Part shown: piece by piece, positions 8,238 through 14,586 of the stretch | How the letters are laid out: each line of letters starts with the position of its first letter | Position numbering within the stretch: position 1 is the first letter of the stretch | Origin: Alphaproteobacteria bacterium | GTDB lineage: Bacteria; Pseudomonadota; Alphaproteobacteria; UBA828 | NCBI GenBank assembly: GCA_963667785.2 | Contig: CAXXMU010000014.1 | Coordinates: 1 to 14,586, forward strand | Direction: 5' to 3' | Length of the DNA: 14,586 nt | Notes under the pieces: model-generated | The model's database searches: none | What the model was told of the DNA's origin: nothing | What the model saw: the letters and a program-made list of their open reading frames with translations, nothing else | Translations under genes and position numbers: made by a program

Positions 8238-9005
8238 TCAGTCCTCGCGCCGCCGGCGCTTGAGCCGCTCCGCGCCGGCGCGCAGGCGGGCCTGCGCCTC
8301 GTCGCTCGACCAGATCTCGACCTGGCGGGCGATGCGGGCGGGCATCTGCTCGCGCAGGTCGGCGCAGAACCTGCCGAGCCGCATGCGCTTCGATTCCTGG
8401 AACGCCTCTGGCGCGAGGTCGCGCAGGAAGAGCAGGCGCCGCCACGCCATCGCCTCGATCTCCGTTTTCGGCCCGGCCTCGTGGACGAGGCCGAGGGCGC
8501 GGCCCTCCTCGGCCGGCACGAGCCTGCCGGTGTAGATCAAGTCCGAGGCGACGAAGTCTCCGGCGACGAAGCGCAGCAGCTGGTCGCCGTAATACGGGTT
8601 GGGCACGCCGAGCAGGATTTCCGGCTTGCCGATCAGCACGTGCCCCGTGGCGGCGTAGCGGTAGTCGCAGGCAAGGTAGATGGCCATGCCGCCGCCGATG
8701 GCGTGGCCCCTTATGGCGCCGACGATGGGCACGGGCGATTCCAGCATGGCGAGGATGAGGTCCGCCAGCGCGTGGAACATCGCCTTGATCTCGGCGCGCG
8801 AGCGGCTGAGCGCCCAGTCGAGATCGAGGCCATTGCAGAAGAACTTTTCGCCGCCACAGATCATTGCTCCGCAACCGTCGAGGTCGGCTTCGGCGACCGC
8901 TTGCGCGAGTTCCTGGATGACCGCCGTCGTCAGCGCATTGGCGGTGCCGTTGCTGAGGCGAATGCGGAGGCAGTCGTCCTCGCGCTCGCTGAGAATGCTG
9001 GCCAA
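8238..9005 (-). CDS. Crotonase superfamily enoyl-CoA hydratase/isomerase, probably delta3,delta2-enoyl-CoA isomerase-like, 255 aa
   Basis: Motifs ANALT, FFCNGLDL (oxyanion hole), SPVPIVGAIRGHAIGGG, LACDYRY, GKPEILLG, YTGRLVPAEEGRALGLV. TTG start after GGAGAGAGAG. Confidence 0.92.
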   Translation of the reverse strand: MASILSEREDDCLRIRLSNGTANALTTAVIQELAQAVAEADLDGCGAMICGGEKFFCNGLDLDWALSRSRAEIKAMFHALADLILAMLESPVPIVGAIRGHAIGGGMAIYLACDYRYAATGHVLIGKPEILLGVPNPYYGDQLLRFVAGDFVASDLIYTGRLVPAEEGRALGLVHEAGPKTEIEAMAWRRLLFLRDLAPEAFQESKRMRLGRFCADLREQMPARIARQVEIWSSDEAQARLRAGAERLKRRRRED

Positions 9006-9030
9006 TTCTCTCTCTCCGTGACGTTCAACG

Positions 9031-10135
9031 CGTGCCTATCCGGTTGTCACATACACCCACAAGATATAGGGTGAGTGAGCAGTATAGATGATCGCGGGCC
9101 ATGGACGTTCTCGACCGCACCGACCTGCAATTCCCTCGGTCCCTTCCCGAGTTTCAGCGGCTCTTTCCCGATGACGCGACCTGCGCTGCCTACCTGGAAC
9201 GGTCTCGCTGGGGCGACGGGTTCGCCTGCCCGCGCTGCGGCGTCGTGGGCGAACCTTACCGCATCGCCACGCGGCCGGGCGTGCTGACCTGTCGCGCCTG
9301 CCGCCGCCAGACGGGAGTGACGGTCGGCACCGTGATGGAGCGCAGCCGCACACCCTTGAGCACATGGTTCTGGGCTGCCTACCTGGTCGCCAGTCAGACG
9401 AAGGGCATGTCCGCGGTGCAGTTTCAGCGGCAGCTCGGGCTGAGCCGGTACGAGACCGCCTTCGGCATCCTGCACAAGCTCCGCGCTGGCATGATCCGGC
9501 CCGAACGCGACCGGATCGGTGCCCGAGAAGGAGAATATGTCGAGGTCGACGAGTGTTATGTCGGAGGCCGGACGCGCGGTGAAGGCCGAGGCGTTCACCA
9601 CAAGACGCTGGTGGCCGCTGCCGTCGAAGTCCGCCAGAGGAAGCCCGGCACCGCGCAGGACAAGCGGAAGGATGGGCCGCTACGCGGGGCGCGTGCGGCT
9701 GGCCGTCGCCCCCGACCGCAGCGCCGATTCGCTGTGTGGTTTCGTCGAAAGCGCCGTCATGCCGGGGGCGCGGGTCGTCACCGACGATTGGAGCGCCTAT
9801 GGCGGCTTGCGGGCGCGCGGCTTCGATAACCACGCCATCGCCGAACGCGGCGCCCCCGAGGTGGCCGAAGAGTTCCTGCCGATCGTCCACCTCGTCCTTC
9901 AGCAACCTGAAGAACTGGCTCGGTGGCACCCACCATGGCGTCAGCGCAAAGCATCTGCAGGCCTACCTCAACGAGTTCACGTTCCGCTTTAACCGCCGGT
10001 TCTACCCCTTCAATGCCTTCCGCTCGTTGCTCGGAATCGCAGGAGGCGCCGAGGCGCCGACCTACGCCGAGCTATATTCCGGCGCGTGGAAGCACCCTAC
10101 ATATAGTGGCTGTCTGTCCTAACCGGATAGGCACG
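9031..10135 (+). mobile_element. IS1595-family insertion sequence (ISSod11-like group), 1105 bp
   Basis: Perfect 15-bp TIRs CGTGCCTATCCGGTT (9031-9045) and AACCGGATAGGCACG (10121-10135), extending imperfectly to 43 bp (35/43). An 8-bp direct repeat GTTCAACG flanks it at 9023-9030 and 10136-10143. The nnnGCnTATC ends, the size and the D-D-H-K catalytic pattern fit the ISSod11 group. Confidence 0.95.
9101..10122 (+). pseudogene. IS1595-family transposase (Zn ribbon plus ISXO2-like DDE domain), split by two +1 frameshifts; 339 aa if repaired
   Basis: Frame 9101 gives CPRC..CRAC, WFWAAYL and VEVDECYVGG. Frame 9519 gives GRVRL, VVTDDWSAY and LPIVHLV. Frame 9736 gives FSNLKNWLGGTHHGVSAKHLQAYLNEFTFRFNRR. 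Extra bases lie at about 9674-9678 (GGGCC) and 9896-9897 (CC). The TAA stop overlaps the right TIR. Confidence 0.9.
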
Positions 10136-10215
10136 GTTCAACGTTCGCGCGGGCCGCAGTCCGGGCAAGTCGTCGCGGCCGCTGGCACGGGACCGAGCGG
10201 CTCTGCCCGCGCCGC

Positions 10216-11835
10216 TCAGGCGCCGTCGACGCGATCCTGGGCTGCGCGTTCGGGCGCGCGGCGGGCGATGTCGCCGTAGCCCGCGCCGCCGCCGGTGCTC
10301 ATCACCACGCGGTCGCCCTTCATCAGCCGGAAGCTCGTCTTCGAGCCGAGCGCGATCTTCTCGTTACCGCGCAGCACGCTGACGGAGGCCGCGCCGCCGT
10401 CCGCGCCGTCGAAAAGCCCCTCGGGCGGAATCGTGAAGCGGTCCGAGTAGGACTGGTACTCGACGTCGTCGGCGAGCACCTCGTAGACGCGCCGGACCCC
10501 GAGCCCGCCGCGCCTCTCCCCGGCGCCGCCCGAGCCCGCCACAAGCGCGTACTCCGCCACGCGGAAGAACGCGTGCTCCATGTCGATGGCCTCGATGGGG
10601 ATGTTCGAGCAGTTCGACAGCGGGCTGTCCACCGCGTCGCAGCCGTCGCCCAGCGCGCTCGCCCCGTAGCCGCCGCCAAAAATCTCGAGGTAGATGCCGT
10701 AGCCCTGCTCGCCCAGGTGCGAGAGGCAGGTGGCATGCGTGGTGTCGAAGCCGGCGGCCATCACCTGCTCGGGCACCGCGTGGGCGAGCGCCTTCATCAC
10801 CGCGTTGTAGGCGCGGTAGGCGGAGAGCATGCGCGCGCGCACAGGGGCCGGCGGACGGGGATTGAGCAGCGAGCCGTAGGGCGCGGCGATGGCGATGGGC
10901 CGCTTCGCGCCCTCGTTGAAGGGGATGTCGGGGCTGGTCAGCACCGACTTGATGCAGGAGAGCCCCGCCGCGATGGTCGACGCGAAGGGGCAGTTCACGT
11001 TCGTGCGTACCTGATCGCAGGTGCCCTCGTAGTCGACCGAGACGGTATCGCCCGCGATCTCCACCCGTGCGCGCACCACCAGCGGCTCGTCGTTCTCGCC
11101 GTCGCTGTCGAGCTGATCCTCGCCCACGTAGACGCCGTCGGGCGCTGCGGCGATCGCGGCCCGCATGCGCTGCTCGGCGTAGTCGAGCAGCCCCGCCATC
11201 GCTTGCCTGACCGCGTCCGCGCCGAACTTCTCGCAGAGCTCGACCACCCGCCGCGCGCCGACGCCGTTGGCGGCGAACTGCGCGTTGCAGTCCCCGATGG
11301 TCTTCTCGGGCACGCGGACGTTCGCGCGCACCAGGCGCTCGAAGGGGCCGCCGTTCCAGTCGCGGTTCACGTTGTAGCGGCTCGGCGGGAAGATCAGGCC
11401 CTCCTGATGGACGTCGCCGGCCGCCATGTTGAGCCCCGGCGCGCCGCCGCCGAGATCGAGGTGGTGTGCGACGGTCGCGCTGAAGCCCACGAGCCGGTCA
11501 CGGTAGAAGATGGGCGTGAAGATGAAGATGTCGGGGACGTGCTGGCCACCGTTGTAGGGGTCGTTGTTGATGTAGAAGTCGCCGGGCTCCAGCGTCTCGG
11601 GCGGATAGAGCGCGGCGCAGGGGCGGAAGGTGGTGCCGATGGGGCCGAGCTGCATGGGAATGAGCTCCGCCTGGCTCACCACGTTGCCGTCCACGTCAAG
11701 CAGCGCGGCCGAGCAGTCGTTGGCCTCGCGCACGATCGGCGAATAGGCCGAGCGCACGAGCTTGATCCCCATCTCCTTGGCGGCGGCGATCAACGCCTGA
11801 GAGATGATCGCCTGGTCGACCCGGTCGAGCGCCAT
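10216..11835 (-). CDS. hyuB: Hydantoinase B/oxoprolinase family protein, copy 2, 539 aa
   Basis: The likely start is ATG 11835 (MALDRVDQAIISQAL) after GAGGGGAGG. Motifs RSAYSPIVREANDCS, NNDPYNGGQHVPD, AHHLDLGG, HQEGL, LDSDG, NIPIEAID, GSGGAGERRGGLG, TGGGAGYG. Confidence 0.93.
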   Translation of the reverse strand: MALDRVDQAIISQALIAAAKEMGIKLVRSAYSPIVREANDCSAALLDVDGNVVSQAELIPMQLGPIGTTFRPCAALYPPETLEPGDFYINNDPYNGGQHVPDIFIFTPIFYRDRLVGFSATVAHHLDLGGGAPGLNMAAGDVHQEGLIFPPSRYNVNRDWNGGPFERLVRANVRVPEKTIGDCNAQFAANGVGARRVVELCEKFGADAVRQAMAGLLDYAEQRMRAAIAAAPDGVYVGEDQLDSDGENDEPLVVRARVEIAGDTVSVDYEGTCDQVRTNVNCPFASTIAAGLSCIKSVLTSPDIPFNEGAKRPIAIAAPYGSLLNPRPPAPVRARMLSAYRAYNAVMKALAHAVPEQVMAAGFDTTHATCLSHLGEQGYGIYLEIFGGGYGASALGDGCDAVDSPLSNCSNIPIEAIDMEHAFFRVAEYALVAGSGGAGERRGGLGVRRVYEVLADDVEYQSYSDRFTIPPEGLFDGADGGAASVSVLRGNEKIALGSKTSFRLMKGDRVVMSTGGGAGYGDIARRAPERAAQDRVDGA

Positions 11836-11870
11836 GGCCCCTCCCCTCGCGGCTCTGTCTGCTCCGCGCA

Positions 11871-11903
11871 TGGAGCGCTTCCGTTTTACACGGAAACGTT
11901 CTA
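11871..11903. repeat. 33-bp palindromic repeat element, copy B (degenerate); supplies the TAG stop of hyuA copy 2
   Basis: TGGAGCGCTTCCGT-TTTAC-ACGGAAACGTTCTA, with the same 14-5-14 architecture as 14002-14034. Confidence 0.7.
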
Positions 11904-13922
11904 TCGGCTCAGGATGACATTATGGTGCGCGTCCATGCGTGCGCGCCATCCCGGCGGAACGTAAGCCGTGGACGTCTCGTCGACGACGAGCAGCGGCCCT
12001 TCGCTGGCGCCGGCCTCGAGCAGCGCACGGCGGTTGAGCCGACGGGCCCGCAGCTCTGCGCCGCCATCGAAGAGCGTGACGGTGGCGGCGTGCGGGGCGT
12101 CGTCCGTCCCCGTGAGCGCCGGGACGGCCGGGGGTGGCGACGCGATGCCGAGCCGGAAGGAGACGATCTCCGGCCGGTTGGTGCGCGAATCGTCGAACTC
12201 GAAAATGCGGTGGTGCGCCTCGTTGAAGCGCTCGCGGAGGTGCGATGCGTCGAGTCGCGCGATCTCGTCCTCGCCGAGCTGGATCGGGACCTCGAAGGCC
12301 TGCCCCACGTAGCGCATCTCGAGCGTCTGGGTGCACCGCAGGCCGCTGGTGAGCCCGAGCGCCGCGAAGGCGGCCTCGGCGTCCGCCCGCATGGCCGCGA
12401 ACTGCGCGCGGACCCGCTCGGCGGCACCCTTCTCGTCGAGGGCAAAGCGCGCCGTGCGGCTCTCGTAGCGCACGAAGTCCGAGGCGACGAGGCCGAAGGC
12501 GGAGAGTACGCCGGCCGCCGGCGGAATGACGATGGCGGCGATGCCGAGCACGTCCGCGACCCGCGCCGCGTGCAGCGGCCCCGCGCCGCCGAAGGGGACC
12601 AGCACGTAGTCGCGCGGATCCCGTCCCCGCTCGGTCGAGACGAGCTGGATCGCGCGGACGATGTTGTGCTCGGCCACCCGCACCGCGTCGTCGGCGACCT
12701 GCTCCACGCTGCGGCCGAACTGCTGCGCGAGCGCGGCGAAGGCGCCGCGGGCGAGGTCGGGGTCCACGTCCATGCGCCCGCCGAGGAACGTGTCGGCGAG
12801 CACGGTGCCGCGGATCAGGTGCGCGTCGGTAATCGTCGGCTCAGCGCCGCCCCGCCGGTAGCAGGCGGGGCCGGGCTCGGCGCCGGCCGAGCGCGGGCCG
12901 ACCCGGAGCATGCCGCCGTCGTCCCGCCACACGATCGAGCCGCCGCCCGCGCCCACCGTCACGATGTCGAGCACGGGAATGCGGATGGGCAGGCCGTCGA
13001 TCTCGGCGTCGCTGGTGAGCACCGGCGTGCCGTCCCGCACGAGGCAGACGTCGGTGCTCGTGCCCCCCATGTCGAAGGTGATGAGGTCGCGATAGCCGGA
13101 ACGCTCCGCCTGGCGGATCGCGCCCATCACGCCCGCCGCCGGGCCCGAGTAGAGCGAGGTGATGGCGTTGCCCGCCATGCCACGTGCGGGCAGCCGGCCG
13201 CCGTTTGACTGCATCAGGCTGAAGCGGCCCTCGAACCCGCGCTCGCCCAGCGCGCGCGCGAACGCACCGAGATAGCGGTCGATGACCGGCTGCACGTAGG
13301 CCGCGAGCACGGTGGTCGACGCGCGCTCGTATTCGCGGAACTCGCGGGTCACGTCGCAGGAGCACGTGATGCCGACGCCGGGGAAGCGCTCGGCGATCAT
13401 CGCGGCCACGCGCCGCTCGTGCGCGGGGTTCGCGTAGCTGTTGAGAAAGCAGATCGCGACGGATTCGTAGCCGCCGCCCTGCAACGCCTGGGCGATGCGG
13501 CGCCGTGCGGCCGCCTCGTCCAGGGGTGCGACCACCGCGCCGTCGGGGCCCACGCGCTCGGGGATCTCGAAGGTATCGCAGCGCGGCACCACCGGCTCGG
13601 GCTTGCGGTAATGGATGTCGTAGATGGAGCGCCGGCTCTGGCGCTGCAGGACGAGCAGGTCGCGGAAGCCCTCGGTGGCGAAGAACGCGACCCTTGCGCC
13701 CTTGCGCTCGAGCACCGCGTTGGTGGCGACGGTCGAGCCGTGCACGAGATCGCCGGCGGCGGCCAACGCCAGACCGCACTCGTCGAGCGCGGCGACGGCG
13801 CCCAGGTGCGGCGCATGCGGCGTGCTCGGCACCTTGGTGATGCGCACGCCGCCGCCCTCGAACGCGACGAGATCGGTGAACGTGCCGCCGACCTCGACCC
13901 CCACCCTGACCGCGTCGCTCAT
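11901..13922 (-). CDS. hyuA: Hydantoinase A/oxoprolinase family protein, copy 2, 673 aa
   Basis: Motifs EVGGTFTD, HGSTVATNAVLERKG, EFREYERAST, MQSNGG, YSGPAAG, DMGGTSTD, VGAGGGSI, GPRSAGAEPGPACY, FGGAGPLHA, RYVGQAFE. Confidence 0.95.
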   Translation of the reverse strand: MSDAVRVGVEVGGTFTDLVAFEGGGVRITKVPSTPHAPHLGAVAALDECGLALAAAGDLVHGSTVATNAVLERKGARVAFFATEGFRDLLVLQRQSRRSIYDIHYRKPEPVVPRCDTFEIPERVGPDGAVVAPLDEAAARRRIAQALQGGGYESVAICFLNSYANPAHERRVAAMIAERFPGVGITCSCDVTREFREYERASTTVLAAYVQPVIDRYLGAFARALGERGFEGRFSLMQSNGGRLPARGMAGNAITSLYSGPAAGVMGAIRQAERSGYRDLITFDMGGTSTDVCLVRDGTPVLTSDAEIDGLPIRIPVLDIVTVGAGGGSIVWRDDGGMLRVGPRSAGAEPGPACYRRGGAEPTITDAHLIRGTVLADTFLGGRMDVDPDLARGAFAALAQQFGRSVEQVADDAVRVAEHNIVRAIQLVSTERGRDPRDYVLVPFGGAGPLHAARVADVLGIAAIVIPPAAGVLSAFGLVASDFVRYESRTARFALDEKGAAERVRAQFAAMRADAEAAFAALGLTSGLRCTQTLEMRYVGQAFEVPIQLGEDEIARLDASHLRERFNEAHHRIFEFDDSRTNRPEIVSFRLGIASPPPAVPALTGTDDAPHAATVTLFDGGAELRARRLNRRALLEAGASEGPLLVVDETSTAYVPPGWRARMDAHHNVILSR

Positions 13923-13969
13923 GCGTGCCCTGGCGCGCGCTTGCCGGCGAGGATGGGGGACGGCGTCAT
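13919..13969 (-). CDS. Putative 16-aa upstream ORF (MTPSPILAGKRAPGHA), translationally coupled to hyuA copy 2
   Basis: ATG 13969 is preceded by GGGAGAG (13974-13980). Its TGA overlaps the hyuA2 ATG (ATGA), and hyuA2 has no strong Shine-Dalgarno of its own. Confidence 0.35.
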   Translation of the reverse strand: MTPSPILAGKRAPGHA

Positions 13970-14001
13970 CGTGCTCTCCCGGTTGAAGCCGCGGCGGATA
14001 C

Positions 14002-14034
14002 TAGGGCGTTTCCGTGCAGGACGGAAACGCTCTA
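14002..14034. repeat. 33-bp palindromic repeat element, copy A
   Basis: TAGGGCGTTTCCGT-GCAGG-ACGGAAACGCTCTA; the arms are complementary at 13 of 14 positions. It lies in the divergent intergenic region. Confidence 0.75.
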
Positions 14035-14080
14035 CGTTGCGGCCGCTGAGCGCGCGCGAAGCAGGAGGGGAATCGCGAAC

Positions 14081-14586
14081 GTGACAGGCAGACCGGATGT
14101 CGGGCGCGATGCCGAGCGGGCCTTCGCCGTCCTCGAACGGGGCGGGATCGGCATCCTGCCCATGAGCGTCGGCTATTCCGCGATCGGCGGGTCGGCGGCG
14201 GCGCTGAAGACGATCTTCGAGACCAAGCGGCGCGCGCCCGCGAAGCTCAACGCGATGCTGGGCGACATGGCGCTCCACCGCGAGCTGCACGTCCTCGACC
14301 AGACGGGGTGGGACGTCGCCAGCACGCTGATCGAGGATTACGACCTGCCGCTCGGCGCCATCGCGCCCGCGCGCATGGACCACCCCATCCTCGCCAGGAT
14401 GGAGCCGGAAGCACTCGAAGCCTCCACCAGCGCCGGCACCGTGCTGATGCTGCTCAACGCAGGCCCCTTCCACGCAGCGATCACCCGGCTCAGCCGCGAG
14501 GCGCAGCACCCGCTGTTCGGCTCGTCCGCGAACCTCTCGCTCTCCGGCACGAAGTTCCGCGTGGACGACATCGAACCGGAGCTGAT
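14081..14586 (+). CDS. Sua5/YciO/YrdC-domain protein (atypical TsaC-like paralogue); 3' end lies outside the window
   Basis: Absent from the ORF track because it has no stop. GTG 14081 follows GGAGGGG. Manual translation: MTGRPDVGRDAERAFAVLERGGIGILPMSVGYSAIGGSAAALKTIFETKRRAPAKLNAMLG...HPLFGSSANLSLSGTKFRVDDIEPEL. It has the YrdC hallmarks GG-hydrophobic-P..Y, IF..KxR...K and SSANLS. Confidence 0.85.
   Translation, partial: MTGRPDVGRDAERAFAVLERGGIGILPMSVGYSAIGGSAAALKTIFETKRRAPAKLNAMLGDMALHRELHVLDQTGWDVASTLIEDYDLPLGAIAPARMDHPILARMEPEALEASTSAGTVLMLLNAGPFHAAITRLSREAQHPLFGSSANLSLSGTKFRVDDIEPEL

Noticed and set aside
9660-9900. Programmed frameshifting in the IS transposase
   Set aside because: IS1595-family transposases are normally single ORFs. 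Two separate +1 shifts with no slippery motif fit indels better.
13919-14509. 196-aa minus-strand ORF upstream of hyuA2
   Set aside because: It is mostly antisense to the YrdC-like gene, which has recognisable motifs and an RBS. Only the last 16 codons have an independent RBS and are reported separately.

Overview
High-GC (roughly 70% by eye), proteobacterial-looking catabolic region. The minus strand holds an operon of a sugar-type (CUT2) ABC substrate-binding protein, a hydantoinase A/oxoprolinase subunit, a hydantoinase B subunit and an ABC ATPase that runs off the left edge. Divergent from it are a GntR regulator and an overlapping, frameshifted M24 Xaa-Pro peptidase. A second minus-strand unit (16-aa uORF, hyuA-like, hyuB-like, enoyl-CoA isomerase/hydratase) is interrupted by a complete 1105-bp IS1595-family element (ISSod11-like; 15-bp perfect TIRs, 8-bp TSD, two frameshifts). 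A divergent, atypical Sua5/YrdC-domain gene runs off the right edge. Unexplained non-coding features are a 13-unit, ~10-bp-phased ATCCC/GGGAT array with G-quadruplex potential between convergent genes, and two copies of a 33-bp palindromic element flanking the second hyuA. All functions are family-level calls from motifs read by eye; no database searches were run.
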